A stretch of 64,000 bases of DNA from NCBI GenBank assembly GCA_021802545.1, contig JAJZRS010000002.1, forward strand, positions 124,546 through 188,545. Direction: 5' to 3'. Source of the DNA: Pseudomonadota bacterium. GTDB lineage: Bacteria > Pseudomonadota > Gammaproteobacteria > Burkholderiales > JABEVD01. The first letter of the stretch is position 1, and each line of letters begins with the position of its first letter. This document shows, one piece after another, positions 28,575 to 40,613 of this stretch. The notes beneath the pieces were generated by a model. That model saw nothing but the letters and a program-made list of their open reading frames with translations, made no database searches and had not been told where the DNA came from. The position numbers were made by a program, and so were the translations under genes.

Positions 28575-29809
28575 TGCACAACGAACCCCTGTTTCTCGGC
28601 AGGCAGCCGATACTCGACCGCAATCAGGACATTGTCGCATTCGAACTCCTTTTCCGCTCGGGCGATGTGGATCACGCGCAGATCAGCGACGACTTCACGG
28701 CAACCGCCACGGTGATCAACCATGCCTTCAACGAACTAGGCATCGAGGCGGCACTCGGCCCTTACCGTGGATTCATCAACATGAGCGAGTCTCTCCTCAT
28801 GAGCGACGTCATCGAGATCCTGCCGAAAGACAAGATCGTCATGGAGATTCTGGAGACGGTCAAGATCAATCACGCGCTCGTCGAACGCTGCAAGCTGCTT
28901 AAAAGCATGGGCTTCAAGATCGCGCTCGACGATTTTACGGCATACCATCCATCGATAGATCCTTTCCTGCAACTTGCCGATGTCGTCAAGATCGACATCC
29001 TGATGGTCGAGCCCGCCGAGCTCGAGACACTTGCCGCAAAAATCAAGCATTGGCCCGTCAAGCTCCTTGCCGAAAAAGTGGACAGCATCGAACAGTTCGA
29101 GCGCTGCATGGCGATCGGCTTTGATTTGTTCCAAGGCTATTATTTCGCCAAGCCTCAGGTCATCAAGGGGAAGCGCCTTTCCCATTCTGAGCTCACCTTG
29201 ATGAAACTGCTCGGGCAGGTCATGGCCGATGCACAAGAGCACGACATCGAGGAAACGCTCAAGGGAAACCCCCATTTGAGCCTCAATCTGTTGCGTCTCA
29301 CCAATTCGGTTGCCTGCGGAATGAAACAAAAAATCTCCTCCATCAGGATGGCGCTTGCCGTCCTGGGCAGACGGCAGCTGCAGCGATGGATACAGATCCT
29401 GCTCTATTCGAGCAGTTCGCAGGATCACACCTTCCCCAACCCGATCCTCCAGCTTGCAGCAACGCGCGGAAAGATGATGGAGCTGCTTTCGCCTAAAATG
29501 GGAAACAAGGAATTGGCAGACAACGCCTTCATCACGGGAATCATGTCGCTCATGGATACCCTGCTCGGCACGCCGATGAACGAGATTCTCACCACCATTC
29601 CCGTGAGCGATGAGGTGAAAGATGCGCTCATTGAGAGGCAAGGCATTCTCGGCAGGCTCCTCAATCTCGTGGAAAGCCTGGAAAAAGGCAACATGATGGA
29701 ACTTGAAGAACGTCTGAAAGAATGTACACGAATCACGCTTCACGATTTGAGCACGGCGCAAATCGAAGCCCTGAAGTGGTCGAACAGCATCTCCCAGTCC
29801 AATGAATGA
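28574..29809 (+). CDS. EAL (ELL variant) + HDOD signalling protein, COG3434/YuxH type, copy 1
   Basis: The start at 28574 forms a TGATG overlap. EAL landmarks are FELLFR, INMSE, EILET, LDDFTAY, VKID, AEKVDSIEQ and FQGYYFAKP. The HDOD-like C-terminal half reads LNLLRLTNS...LAVLGRRQLQRW. Confidence 0.85.
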   Translation: MHNEPLFLGRQPILDRNQDIVAFELLFRSGDVDHAQISDDFTATATVINHAFNELGIEAALGPYRGFINMSESLLMSDVIEILPKDKIVMEILETVKINHALVERCKLLKSMGFKIALDDFTAYHPSIDPFLQLADVVKIDILMVEPAELETLAAKIKHWPVKLLAEKVDSIEQFERCMAIGFDLFQGYYFAKPQVIKGKRLSHSELTLMKLLGQVMADAQEHDIEETLKGNPHLSLNLLRLTNSVACGMKQKISSIRMALAVLGRRQLQRWIQILLYSSSSQDHTFPNPILQLAATRGKMMELLSPKMGNKELADNAFITGIMSLMDTLLGTPMNEILTTIPVSDEVKDALIERQGILGRLLNLVESLEKGNMMELEERLKECTRITLHDLSTAQIEALKWSNSISQSNE

Positions 29810-31019
29810 ACCGCTTTTTCTCGGCAGGCAACCGATACTCGACCAAAGCCACAACCTGGTCGGCTACGAATTGTTGTTCAGGTCAGGCGACGGGAACAGC
29901 GCCCGTTTTTCCGACAATCTCGTCGCAACCGCCACGGTGATCAATCACGTCATCAGCGAGCTCGGCATCGATGTCGCACTCGGGCCCTATCAGGGGTTCA
30001 TCAATCTGAACGAGTCGCTCCTGATGAGCGACATCATCGAATTTCTGCCCAAGGACAAGCTGGTTCTCGAAATCCTCGAAACGGTCACCATCAATTCGTC
30101 GATCATCGAACGATGCAGGCAGCTCAAGACCGCAGGCTTCAAACTCGCCATCGACGACTTCATCGCCTTCAGCGAGGACATCTTGCCGCTGCTGGACATC
30201 GTCGATATCGTCAAGATCGACATGGCCCTTACCGACCCGCATCAACTCGACGAGATCATCGCCCGCCTCGGCAAATGGCCGGTCAAGCTGATCGCGGAAA
30301 AGGTGGAAACGGAGGAACAATTCGACCGATGCGTTCAGCTCGGCTTCAATTTGTTCCAGGGCTATTATTTTGCCAGACCGCATATCATTTCCGGGAAGCG
30401 CCTTTCTCATTCCGAAATAACGCTCATGAAGCTGATGGGCCTGATTACAGGAGACGCCGAGCTCAAAGAGATAGAAGAGGCGCTGAAGGGCAATCCCGTT
30501 CTGAGCTACAACCTGCTGAAGCTGGCCAACTCCGCCGCGAGCGGACTGGGCAGGGAGATCGGCTCGATCCGCGCCGCAATCACCCTGCTTGGCAGGAAGA
30601 AACTGCAGCGGTGGATACAGATATTAATCTATTCAAACTCGGGTTCGAAGGCGAAATTTCCGACCCCGCTGCTGCAGATGGCGGCAATGCGCGGCAAAAC
30701 CATGGAAAACCTCGTGGCCAGAAAAAAGGAAGCCGGATTCGTGGACATGGCATTCATGACAGGCAGCATGTCATTGCTCGATGCCTTGCTTGCCATTCCG
30801 CTGCCGGAAATCATCTCCTCTCTCGTTCTCGACCGCGGCGTCAAGGAAGCACTGCTCAACCGGGAAGGTGAACTGGGGAAACTGCTTTCCGTCGTCGAGA
30901 ATCTCGAGATGAAATCTCTCCCGGAAATCGACCTGTCAGAACTGCCTTACCTCACGCTGCACGATCTTTCAATCGCCCATGCGGAAGCGCTCTCCTGGGC
31001 AAACGAGTTAGGACGCTAG
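29802..31019 (+). CDS. EAL (ELL variant) + HDOD signalling protein, COG3434/YuxH type, copy 2 (tandem paralog)
   Basis: It overlaps copy 1 by 8 nt. It is collinear with copy 1 over its full length and shares blocks such as [43 protein letters not shown] and LQRWIQIL. Confidence 0.85.
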   Translation: MNEPLFLGRQPILDQSHNLVGYELLFRSGDGNSARFSDNLVATATVINHVISELGIDVALGPYQGFINLNESLLMSDIIEFLPKDKLVLEILETVTINSSIIERCRQLKTAGFKLAIDDFIAFSEDILPLLDIVDIVKIDMALTDPHQLDEIIARLGKWPVKLIAEKVETEEQFDRCVQLGFNLFQGYYFARPHIISGKRLSHSEITLMKLMGLITGDAELKEIEEALKGNPVLSYNLLKLANSAASGLGREIGSIRAAITLLGRKKLQRWIQILIYSNSGSKAKFPTPLLQMAAMRGKTMENLVARKKEAGFVDMAFMTGSMSLLDALLAIPLPEIISSLVLDRGVKEALLNREGELGKLLSVVENLEMKSLPEIDLSELPYLTLHDLSIAHAEALSWANELGR

Positions 31020-33629
31020 CTTACCCTTAACCCAGTCTTGTACGCTCGCTAGCGCCGAATCAAGCTTTGCAGGATCGGTTCCCCCGGCCTGGGCCATGTC
31101 CGGACGGCCGCCCCCTTTTCCGCCCACCTGCTGTGATACGAAGTTGACGAGTTCCCCCGCCTTGACCTTGCCGGTGAGATTCTGGGTTACCCCTGCAATC
31201 AGGACGACCTTGCCATCGACGACCGAACCGAAAACGATCACAGCCGATGCGACTCTGTCCTTGATTCTGTCCATGGTCTCGCGCAAGGCGGCCGCATCAA
31301 CTCCCTGAATTTTGCTTGCGAACAGCTTGACCCCATTCAAATCTACGGCTTTGTCCAGGAGTTCATCGAACCCGGCTTGAAGCACCTTTGACTTCAACGC
31401 GGCAATTTCCTTCTCCAGCAGCTTCGCATGCTCGATCAACTGGGATACCCTGGCGGCAGCTTCGTTCGGATGGCTTCTCAGGAGCGCCGCCACATTGCCG
31501 AGCATGTCTTCCTGCTTCTGAACGTTGGACAGCGCGACTTCCCCTGTCACCGCTTCGATCCGCCTGATTCCGGCAGCAACGCCCGATTCCGAGACGATCC
31601 TGAACAGCCCGATGTCGCCCGTGCGATTCACGTGCGTCCCGCCGCAAAGCTCTCTTGAAGTGCCGATGTCGAGCACCCGCACTTCGTCCCCGTACTTTTC
31701 CCCGAAAAGCATCATCGCCCCGGTCTCGCGCGCATCCTCGATCTTCATCACGCGCGCGCTCGTATCGGTATTCTCGAGTATCTCCGCATTCACGATGGCC
31801 TCGACGCGCCTGATCTCGTCGTGTGTCACCGGCGCGTTGTGTACGAAATCGAAGCGCGTCTTGTCCTGATCGACCAGGGATCCCTTCTGCTGCACGTGAG
31901 GTCCCAGCACTTCCTTCAAGGCCTTGTGCATGATATGGGTGACGGAATGGTTGCGCTGGGTCGCCCTGCGCGCCGCTTGATCGACCCGTGCGGCAACACC
32001 ATTGCCTACCGTGAGCTTTCCCGTCTTGACAGTGCCGTGATGGCCGAACACGTTCGCCTGGATCTTCTGGGTGTCTTCCACCGCGAAAATGCCGTGGCTG
32101 CCGCGCAACTCGCCGTTGTCCCCGACCTGGCCGCCGGATTCCGCATAGAAAGGCGTGTCGTTGAGCACGACGACCCCCTGCTCGCCTTCAACGAGTTCGT
32201 TGACGGATGCACCTTCCCTGTACAGCGCCAGGATATTCCCCTTGTGCTCAAGTGTCTCGTACCCGTGGAAATGGGTGGCGGGGCCCTCGTATTCCAGGGT
32301 CAAAGCCATCTTGAACTTGCCGGAAGCGCGCGCCTGGGCCTTTTGCCTGGCCATGGCCGCATCGAATGCTGCGGTATCGACCAGAACGTCATGCTCCCTG
32401 CAGACGTCCTGGGTGAGGTCCAAAGGAAAGCCGAACGTGTCGTGCAGTTTGAATGCTGTTTCGCCGTCGAAAAGTCTGCCCTTTTCCATGTCTGCAAGAT
32501 CGGATTCGAGAATCGCCATGCCATGCTCGATGGTCTGGAAGAAGCGTTCCTCTTCCTGCTTCAAAATTTCCATCACCCGCGTTTGGCTGCCCGGAAGCTC
32601 GGGATAGGCCAGCCCCATCTCGTTCACCAGATCGGGAACGAGCTTGTGGAAAAAGGGCGAACGGACGCCGAGTTTGTAGCCGTGGCGGATGGCGCGCCGG
32701 ATGATCCTTCTCAACACGTAGCCGCGCCCTTCGTTGCCTGGGATCACGCCGTCGGCGATCAGGAAGGAGCAGGCTCTGATATGGTCCGCGAGCACCTTCA
32801 GCGAAGGAGAATCGAGATCCGCGCAGCCTGTCTCGCGGGCAGCCGCCCTGATCAATGCCTGGAACAGATCGATCTCGTAATTGGAATGGACACCCTGCAA
32901 TACTGCGGAAATCCGCTCGAGCCCCATTCCCGTGTCGACCGAAGGCTTAGGCAAGGGATGCATCACCCCGGCTTCGTCCCGGTTGAACTGCATGAACACG
33001 TTGTTCCAGATTTCGATGTAGCGGTCCCCGTCCTCGTCAGGCGAGCCGGGCGGGCCGCCCCAAATATCCTCTCCGTGGTCGAAGAAGATTTCGGTGCACG
33101 GGCCGCATGGCCCGGTATCGCCCATCATCCAGAAATTGTCGGAAGCGTAGCGGGAACCCTTGTTGTCGCCGATCCTGATCACGCGCGAAGCCGGGATCCC
33201 GATCTCCTGTGTCCATATGTCGTACGCCTCATCATCCTCTGCATAGACGGTGATCCACAATTTTTCTGAAGGAAGCTTGTAGACTTCGGTCAAGAGCTCC
33301 CATGCATAGCGGATGGCGTCACGCTTGAAATAATCGCCGAAGCTGAAATTGCCCAGCATCTCGAAGAAGGTGTGGTGCCTTGCGGTATAGCCCACGTTCT
33401 CCAGGTCGTTGTGCTTTCCACCTGCCCTGACGCATTTCTGCGACGTGGCGGCCCGCGTGTAGGGGCGCTTGTCGAATCCGAGGAAAACGTCCTTGAACTG
33501 GTTCATGCCCGCATTGGTGAAGAGCAACGTCGGGTCTCCTGCCGGTACCAGAGAACTGGAGGGTACGACCGCGTGTCCTTTGGATGCGAAGAAATCGAGG
33601 AATTTCTGCCGTATTTCGCTGCTTTTCAT
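31008..33629 (-). CDS. alaS: Alanine--tRNA ligase
   Basis: The start was moved to [19 protein letters not shown] (33629), matching the AlaS N-terminus. It has full-length class II aaRS, editing and C-Ala regions. Confidence 0.95.
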   Translation of the reverse strand: MKSSEIRQKFLDFFASKGHAVVPSSSLVPAGDPTLLFTNAGMNQFKDVFLGFDKRPYTRAATSQKCVRAGGKHNDLENVGYTARHHTFFEMLGNFSFGDYFKRDAIRYAWELLTEVYKLPSEKLWITVYAEDDEAYDIWTQEIGIPASRVIRIGDNKGSRYASDNFWMMGDTGPCGPCTEIFFDHGEDIWGGPPGSPDEDGDRYIEIWNNVFMQFNRDEAGVMHPLPKPSVDTGMGLERISAVLQGVHSNYEIDLFQALIRAAARETGCADLDSPSLKVLADHIRACSFLIADGVIPGNEGRGYVLRRIIRRAIRHGYKLGVRSPFFHKLVPDLVNEMGLAYPELPGSQTRVMEILKQEEERFFQTIEHGMAILESDLADMEKGRLFDGETAFKLHDTFGFPLDLTQDVCREHDVLVDTAAFDAAMARQKAQARASGKFKMALTLEYEGPATHFHGYETLEHKGNILALYREGASVNELVEGEQGVVVLNDTPFYAESGGQVGDNGELRGSHGIFAVEDTQKIQANVFGHHGTVKTGKLTVGNGVAARVDQAARRATQRNHSVTHIMHKALKEVLGPHVQQKGSLVDQDKTRFDFVHNAPVTHDEIRRVEAIVNAEILENTDTSARVMKIEDARETGAMMLFGEKYGDEVRVLDIGTSRELCGGTHVNRTGDIGLFRIVSESGVAAGIRRIEAVTGEVALSNVQKQEDMLGNVAALLRSHPNEAAARVSQLIEHAKLLEKEIAALKSKVLQAGFDELLDKAVDLNGVKLFASKIQGVDAAALRETMDRIKDRVASAVIVFGSVVDGKVVLIAGVTQNLTGKVKAGELVNFVSQQVGGKGGGRPDMAQAGGTDPAKLDSALASVQDWVKGKLAS

Positions 33630-33645
33630 GTTGTCTCTTGCTCGT

Positions 33646-34072
33646 TCAATCTTCAAAATGGCCGATCAGCTTCATGATCTCGCCCAAGGAAAAACCCCTG
33701 CTTTGCAAAAATCTCGCTTGGCGCCCAAGTTCTTTCCTGTCGCAAGGCTTCCTCCCGAATTTCTTTTCCCAGACGGATTTCAAAGCGCCGGCTTCCATCT
33801 CCACGATCCTCGGCAATGCGCCCTCGATCAGTGTTTCTGAGACGCCCTTGGACCTCAGCTCGTGCACCACATGCTCGCGCCCGTAGCGCCCCAGCCGCGC
33901 ATTCAGGATCTGTTCGACATAGCGTCTATCGGAAAGCCATCCCTCGGATTCAAGCTCGGAAAGCGCTTCATCGATAGCCTCGATGTCCTCGCCTTTCTCG
34001 GCGAGCCGCGACCTCAGTTCCCGCTTCGAATATTCTCGTCTGGCGAGAAACTTGAGCGCCTGCTTCTTGAGT

Positions 34073-34086
<14 letters not shown>
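33646..34086 (-). CDS. recX: RecA regulator RecX
   Basis: 146 aa from [28 protein letters not shown]. It lies directly downstream of recA, overlapping its 3' end. Confidence 0.85.
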
Positions 34087-35095
<1,009 letters not shown>

Positions 35096-35211
35096 GTTTT
35101 CACACCTCTTGTCAGATGGTGAATTATGGCATGGCTTGATCGATTCAGCCAGTTCCTGAAATCCTCCTGAACTGGGCTATAAATGAAGAACCCACACACG
35201 AGGAGGAGACC

Positions 35212-35859
35212 ATGGCCAAAACAGAACAACTGCTCGAAAACAACAAACAGTATGCCGAAGGCAAGGCGACCCACAAGCCTAATCATCCCGGAAAGCAGCC
35301 GATCAGGCCATCCAAGCGGGTGGCGGTGGTGGCCTGCATGGATGCGCGAATCGACGTCGAGGATCTTCTGGGGCTGCAGACCGGGGAAGCCCACATCATC
35401 CGCAACGCGGGCGGCGTGGTGACGGAAGATGCGATCCGCTGCCTGATCATCTCGCATCACCTGCTCGACACAAACGAGATCATCCTGATCCACCATACCC
35501 GATGCGGCATGCTCGCCTTCACCGACGACCTGCTGAAGGCGGGACTGGAAGGAGACCCGGGCTCCGAAAAGCTGCTCGGGCAGGCGACGGCAAGAAAATT
35601 CACAAGCACAGGCCAGTCCTCTTCCAGCCCCCAAGCCTTTCACGCCTTCAGGGGACCCATCGAACCGCTCGATTCGCCCCCCAACGTGCAGAGCCAGGAG
35701 CGGCTGGAATGGGACGTGAGAAGAGGCATGTCGATCATTCATCACCATCCCTGGATCCCGACGTCAGGGCCGGACGCGGTCAGCGTTCGCGGCTTCATCT
35801 ACGACGTCGACACGGGGAAGCTCAACGAGGTGGCCTATCCTGGCCAGATGGGCGGATAA
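35212..35859 (+). CDS. Beta-class carbonic anhydrase-like protein
   Basis: Zn ligand motifs CMDAR and HHTRCG. An insertion sits in the C-terminal half. Confidence 0.8.
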   Translation: MAKTEQLLENNKQYAEGKATHKPNHPGKQPIRPSKRVAVVACMDARIDVEDLLGLQTGEAHIIRNAGGVVTEDAIRCLIISHHLLDTNEIILIHHTRCGMLAFTDDLLKAGLEGDPGSEKLLGQATARKFTSTGQSSSSPQAFHAFRGPIEPLDSPPNVQSQERLEWDVRRGMSIIHHHPWIPTSGPDAVSVRGFIYDVDTGKLNEVAYPGQMGG

Positions 35860-36001
35860 GAAACTGCAGGAAATGTCCCCACTCTGATATAATTGGCGCA
35901 GCGGCATCGATCCAGTCCCTGCGCCGCCTTCGATAACACCCCATCCGCCTGCCAAGACTGGCGCCGAATCCGGCGACAGGCCGATTTTTTTCAGGAACAT
36001 C

Positions 36002-37210
36002 ATGAGCTTTTCTTCCCTCGGCCTGTCCGATCCCATCCTCCGCGCAGTTTCCGAGCGCGGCTATACTGAACCCACCCCCATCCAGAGGCAGGCGATCCCT
36101 GCCGTGTTATCCGGAGGCGACCTGCTGGCAGGCGCGCAAACCGGCACGGGCAAAACGGCGGGATTCGTTTTGCCCATCCTGCACCGGCTGTCCGACAAGT
36201 CGGTCAAGGGGCCTTCCGAAGGGCGCCCCCCGATAAGGGCGCTGATCCTTGTGCCCACCCGTGAACTTGCATTGCAGGTCGAGGAAAGCGTGCGCGAATA
36301 CGGCAAACACCTGAAGCTCGCTTCGATGACCATGATCGGCGGCGTCAACATCAACCCGCAGATCACCCGATTGAGATCCCGCGTCGACATTCTGGTGGCA
36401 ACCCCGGGCAGGCTGCTCGACCACGTAGGACAGAAAACGCTTGATCTTTCCAAGATCGAGATCCTGGTGCTGGATGAAGCTGACCGCATGCTCGACATGG
36501 GCTTCATCCGCGACATCAAAAAAATACTCGCCCTGCTGCCTGCAAAGCGGCAGAACCTGCTCTTCTCGGCGACCTTCTCGGACGAGATCAAGGCGCTTGC
36601 CGACGGACTGCTCAATGCGCCAGAGACGATCGAGGTAGCGAAGCGCAATGCCACGGCGGAAACCATCGAACACAAGGTCCATCCCGTGGACCGGGACAAG
36701 AAGCGCCCGCTTCTTGCCAAGCTCGTGAAAATGCACAACTGGTTTCAGGTGCTCGTCTTCACGAGAACCAAGCACGGCGCCAACCAGCTCGCCGAATACC
36801 TGACCAAGAACGGCATCCCATCGCTCGCCATCCACGGCAACAAGAGCCAGGCGGCCAGGACTCGAGCGCTTTCTGAATTCAAGGACGGCAGCCTGCAGGT
36901 GCTGGTCGCGACCGACATCGCTGCGCGCGGCATCGACATCGCCGATCTTCCCCATGTGGTCAACTACGAGCTGCCCAACGTGCCGGAGGACTATGTGCAC
37001 CGTATCGGCCGAACAGGGCGTGCTGGGCAATCAGGCGAAGCGGTGTCGCTCGTCTGTGTCGACGAGCTGAAGCTGCTTGCCGCAATCGAAAAAGTGATCA
37101 AGAAGAAAATTCCCCAGGAAATCATCGAAGGCTTCGAGCCAGACAAGAACGCGAAGCCCGAACCGATCCAGAAGCAGCGTAGCCAGGGCAGGCATCCCCC
37201 TCGCCGCTAA
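36002..37210 (+). CDS. rhlE: DEAD-box ATP-dependent RNA helicase
   Basis: Q-motif, [12 protein letters not shown] (VLDEADRM), SAT and [10 protein letters not shown]. Confidence 0.92.
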   Translation: MSFSSLGLSDPILRAVSERGYTEPTPIQRQAIPAVLSGGDLLAGAQTGTGKTAGFVLPILHRLSDKSVKGPSEGRPPIRALILVPTRELALQVEESVREYGKHLKLASMTMIGGVNINPQITRLRSRVDILVATPGRLLDHVGQKTLDLSKIEILVLDEADRMLDMGFIRDIKKILALLPAKRQNLLFSATFSDEIKALADGLLNAPETIEVAKRNATAETIEHKVHPVDRDKKRPLLAKLVKMHNWFQVLVFTRTKHGANQLAEYLTKNGIPSLAIHGNKSQAARTRALSEFKDGSLQVLVATDIAARGIDIADLPHVVNYELPNVPEDYVHRIGRTGRAGQSGEAVSLVCVDELKLLAAIEKVIKKKIPQEIIEGFEPDKNAKPEPIQKQRSQGRHPPRR

Positions 37211-37240
37211 ACCGAACCCCAATCCGGAAAATCGCCGAGG

Positions 37241-37285
37241 TTGATGCGGTTCCCTGGACCTGATATATTTTTGCACAAATATATC
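37241..37285 (+). promoter_or_regulatory. Promoter-like TTGATG-17-TATATT overlapped by a 24-bp hyphenated palindrome (candidate operator)
   Basis: -35 at 37241-37246 and -10 at 37264-37269. The palindrome gatatattt-ttgcac-aaatatatc spans 37262-37285 and ends 47 nt upstream of the ATG at 37332. Confidence 0.35.
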
Positions 37286-37331
37286 TCAGGTGCTCTCAAA
37301 CGCACCCATCGCAAGCCTGCCGGAGAACCTC

Positions 37332-38702
37332 ATGAGAAACGCACGCAAGATCGCCCTGTTTCCCGAAAGATACCGCGCCTTTTCGCTGAACAATTTCCGC
37401 GACATACCGCAGATGAAGCACCTTTCCGAAGAACAGAAATTCGACATCGAGGTGGTCGGCAATGTGTTGCCGTTCAAGGCCAACAATTTCGTGGTCGACG
37501 AGCTGATCGACAGGGAAAATTTTCAAAATGACCCCATCTATACCCTGACCTTCCCGAAGAAGGAAATGCTGCTTCCCGAGCATTTCGATGAGATGGCGAA
37601 CCTGCTTAGACGCAGCGCAGACAAAACGAAGATCAAGATTGCCGCGAACAATATCCGGATGCAGCTCAATCCCCATCCCGCCGGGCAGATCGACCACAAT
37701 GTCCCTCACCTGCATGGCGAACCCCTGCACAACATGCAGCACAAATACAAGCAGACCGTGCTGTTCTTTCCGAGCCAGGGGCAAACCTGCCATGCCTACT
37801 GCACGTTCTGCTTCAGGTGGCCGCAGTTCGTCGGCATGTCCGACCTCAAGTTCGCGAGCCGCGAGATCGAAAAGCTGGTCGACTATCTGAAGGTCCATCC
37901 TGAAATCAGCGACGTGCTGTTCACCGGGGGAGACCCGCTCATCATGTCGGCGAAAAATCTCGCAGGCTATATCGAGCCCCTGCTGAAAGCGGATCTGCCC
38001 AATCTGAAGCGCATCAGGATCGGCACCAAGGCGCTCAGCTACTGGCCTCACCGGTTCGTTTCGGACGAAGATGCGCAAGCATTGCTGAATCTGCTCGGGC
38101 ACGTGACGAAATCGGGAAAGCAGCTCGCGATCATGGCCCATTTCAACCACCCCAGGGAACTCGAACCCGAAATCGTGGGCACCGCCATTTCGGCCTTGAG
38201 AAAAATCGGCGCCGAAATCCGCACCCAGTCCCCGCTGCTGCGCCACATCAACGACGACCCTGCGGTCTGGTCGGCCATGTGGAACAGGCAGGTGGACCTG
38301 GGATGCATCCCCTATTACATGTTCATGGCGAGGGATACCGGCTCACGCCATTACTTCTCCGTGCCGGTGGTGCGCGCCTGGGAGATCTTCAGGCAGGCCT
38401 ATCAGCAGGTCAGCGGACTTTGCAGGACGGTCAGGGGACCCAGCATGTCGGCGAACCTCGGCAAGATCCAGGTACTCGGAGAAGCTGCTGCCGGGGGAGA
38501 AAAAGTGATCGTGATGCGCTTTCTTCAGGGCAGGGATCCCGACTGGGTGCAACGTCCCTTCTTCGCAGCCTGGGACGATCAGGCCACCTGGATAGACGAG
38601 CTCAAGCCTGCATTCGGTGAGAAGCAATTCTTCTTCGAAGCGGAAATGGAGAATCTTTACCAGGAGAGGCTGGACGCCAGCACAGCCGAAGACTTCGAAT
38701 AG
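37332..38702 (+). CDS. KamA-family radical SAM protein (lysine 2,3-aminomutase-like)
   Basis: The start was moved to the ATG at 37332 (GGAGAacctcATG). It has the CHAYCTFCFRW (CxxxCxxC) cluster and the KamA-like core FTGGDPL...RIGTKAL. Confidence 0.85.
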   Translation: MRNARKIALFPERYRAFSLNNFRDIPQMKHLSEEQKFDIEVVGNVLPFKANNFVVDELIDRENFQNDPIYTLTFPKKEMLLPEHFDEMANLLRRSADKTKIKIAANNIRMQLNPHPAGQIDHNVPHLHGEPLHNMQHKYKQTVLFFPSQGQTCHAYCTFCFRWPQFVGMSDLKFASREIEKLVDYLKVHPEISDVLFTGGDPLIMSAKNLAGYIEPLLKADLPNLKRIRIGTKALSYWPHRFVSDEDAQALLNLLGHVTKSGKQLAIMAHFNHPRELEPEIVGTAISALRKIGAEIRTQSPLLRHINDDPAVWSAMWNRQVDLGCIPYYMFMARDTGSRHYFSVPVVRAWEIFRQAYQQVSGLCRTVRGPSMSANLGKIQVLGEAAAGGEKVIVMRFLQGRDPDWVQRPFFAAWDDQATWIDELKPAFGEKQFFFEAEMENLYQERLDASTAEDFE

Positions 38703-39182
38703 TCACTCGAGGATGTCGAGCACGCCCGTAAGGGCCGTCATGACCGCTTGACGGCGCACCGCCTCGCGCTCTCCTTCGAAGTGACGTCTTGAAGTTTCCA
38801 GCTTTCCGCTTTTCAAGGCCCAGGCGAAGCAGACCGTTCCAACCGGTTTGTCGCCGCTTCCTCCGCCCGGTCCTGCGATGCCTGTGACGGCAAGCGACAC
38901 TTGCGCACGGCTGTGGCGGAGTACCCCCAATGCCATTTCCCTTGCCGTCTCCAGGCTCACCGCACCGCATTCCTTCAGGATGTCCGGATTCACGCCGAGC
39001 ATCTCCCGCTTGGCCAGATTGGAATAGGTGATGAAACCGCGCTCGAACCAGGCTGAGCTTCCCGGTACGGCGGTGAGCGCCTCGCCTATCCATCCGCCCG
39101 TGCAGGACTCGGCCGTGGCGAGAAGGAAGCCCTTCCGCTCAAGCAGTTCACCGACTTGGCGAGCAATTTCAAAAAGTTCCAT
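38703..39182 (-). CDS. pncC: CinA C-terminal domain / nicotinamide-nucleotide amidohydrolase
   Basis: The start at 39182 forms a TGATG overlap with the pgpA stop. Signature LATAESCTGGW. Confidence 0.85.
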   Translation of the reverse strand: MELFEIARQVGELLERKGFLLATAESCTGGWIGEALTAVPGSSAWFERGFITYSNLAKREMLGVNPDILKECGAVSLETAREMALGVLRHSRAQVSLAVTGIAGPGGGSGDKPVGTVCFAWALKSGKLETSRRHFEGEREAVRRQAVMTALTGVLDILE

Positions 39183-39679
39183 CAGCCCAGGAATGACTTG
39201 ATGAGCGCCAGACAAAGCAAGGCATAAAACGCTGCGAGCAGGTCATCGAACATCACGCCGAAACCGCCGCGCAACATTCTGTCATAATAGGCTATCGGCG
39301 GCGGTTTTAAAATATCGAAGAAACGGAAAAGCAGGAATGCGCTCGCTTGCCAGAAAAAGCCTGCCGGCGTGAAAAAGAGCACCAGCAAGAAGGCGACAAT
39401 CTCGTCGAAGACGATGCCAGAATGGTCCTCCTCCCCGATATCTCTCCCCGTCTTGCCACAAAGCCAGATCCCCAGAAGAAAAAGCTGCCCGATGAAAATC
39501 AGGAAAAGCAGTTCGGATTGCCCGAACCAGTCCTTGAGATAGGAAAAGATAGGAAATGCGACCAGCGTCCCCATCGTTCCGGGTGCGATTCTTGAAAGCC
39601 CGGAACCGAACCCGAAAGAAAGGAAATGGACCGGATGGGAAAGCACGAAACGCCAGGTCGGCCTAACCGAAGTGCTCAT
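39182..39679 (-). CDS. pgpA: Phosphatidylglycerophosphatase A
   Basis: FGFGSGLSRIAPGTMGTL...FDILKPPP are typical PgpA motifs. Confidence 0.88.
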   Translation of the reverse strand: MSTSVRPTWRFVLSHPVHFLSFGFGSGLSRIAPGTMGTLVAFPIFSYLKDWFGQSELLFLIFIGQLFLLGIWLCGKTGRDIGEEDHSGIVFDEIVAFLLVLFFTPAGFFWQASAFLLFRFFDILKPPPIAYYDRMLRGGFGVMFDDLLAAFYALLCLALIKSFLG

Positions 39680-40613
39680 ACCCCGCCTTCCCTATCACCA
39701 TCCTTCTGTCCTTGTCGTCCAGCACGGCAAGCCCTTTCCCTGCTCCAATCCTGCCCACCCGGGTAAGCCTGATTCCCAGGGCATGGCCCAGGTCCTCGAT
39801 GGCCGACCTGTTGTCGGTGGAGGCCGTAAAGCACAGTTCGTAGTCGTCACCGCCGGAAAGGATGGCTGATTCTCCAATAGATTCCATCCTGTATTGTTCC
39901 ATCGCATGCGACACTGGAAGCGCGGCATAGTCGACCTCTGCGGAAACATTGGAACCCTCCAGAATGTGCAAGAGGTCTGCGCAGAATCCGTCTGAAATAT
40001 CGATCGCGCATCTCGAAATCCCGCACAGCGCAAGCCCGAGTTCAACCCTGGGAACGGGATCGTGAAGCGCGCTCAGGCAGAACAAGGCATCCTGATCTTC
40101 CAGCCTGATCTCTCCTTTGGCATGGGCGAGCCCCAGGGCCGCGTCCCCGATCGTGCCCGAGACCCAGATGTCTTCCCCCGCCCTGGCCCTATCCCGCCTC
40201 AATGCCAGCTCCGCATCGACTTCGCCCATGATCTGGACGCAGAGGGCAAGCGCGCCCCTTGTCGTATCGCCGCCGACGAGATCGACAGAATAGCGCCCGG
40301 CCACCTCGAAAAAGCCTTTCGAGAAAGCATCAAGCCAGTCTTCGTCAACGCAAGGCATCGAGAGGGCGAGCATCGCCCATCTGGGCTTCGCCCCCATCGC
40401 GGCGAGATCGGAAAGATTGACGGAAAGCGTTTTCTTGCCGAGCAGGAAGGGATCCGCTTTCGGAAAAAAATGCGTGCCCTCGACCAGCATATCCATTGAT
40501 GCGGCGATGGTTTTTTCAGGCTCAAGCAGCGCGCAATCGTCGCCCACGCCGAGCCGCGCGGAAGGCGAAGCCTTCGTGAAATAGCGTGAAATGAGTTCGA
40601 ATTCCGCCGTCAA
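39663..40613 (-). CDS. thiL: Thiamine-monophosphate kinase
   Basis: EFELISRYF...GVGDDCALL is the N-terminal AIR-synthase-like signature. Confidence 0.9.
   Translation of the reverse strand: MTAEFELISRYFTKASPSARLGVGDDCALLEPEKTIAASMDMLVEGTHFFPKADPFLLGKKTLSVNLSDLAAMGAKPRWAMLALSMPCVDEDWLDAFSKGFFEVAGRYSVDLVGGDTTRGALALCVQIMGEVDAELALRRDRARAGEDIWVSGTIGDAALGLAHAKGEIRLEDQDALFCLSALHDPVPRVELGLALCGISRCAIDISDGFCADLLHILEGSNVSAEVDYAALPVSHAMEQYRMESIGESAILSGGDDYELCFTASTDNRSAIEDLGHALGIRLTRVGRIGAGKGLAVLDDKDRRMVIGKAGYEHFG

Noticed and set aside
28736-29854. A 372-aa minus-strand ORF opposite EAL-HDOD copy 1. Similar long antisense ORFs occur at 5108-6361, 36107-37030, 37296-38246, 44179-45150 and 57650-58738.
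   Set aside because: All lie antisense to genes with strong motif support, lack RBSs, and have Arg/Gly/Asp-rich nonsense-like sequence. I treated them as non-coding shadows.
35096-35211. Search for a LexA/SOS box (CTGT-N8-ACAG type) upstream of recA
   Set aside because: I could not find a convincing palindrome of that type in the recA upstream region, so no SOS box is reported.
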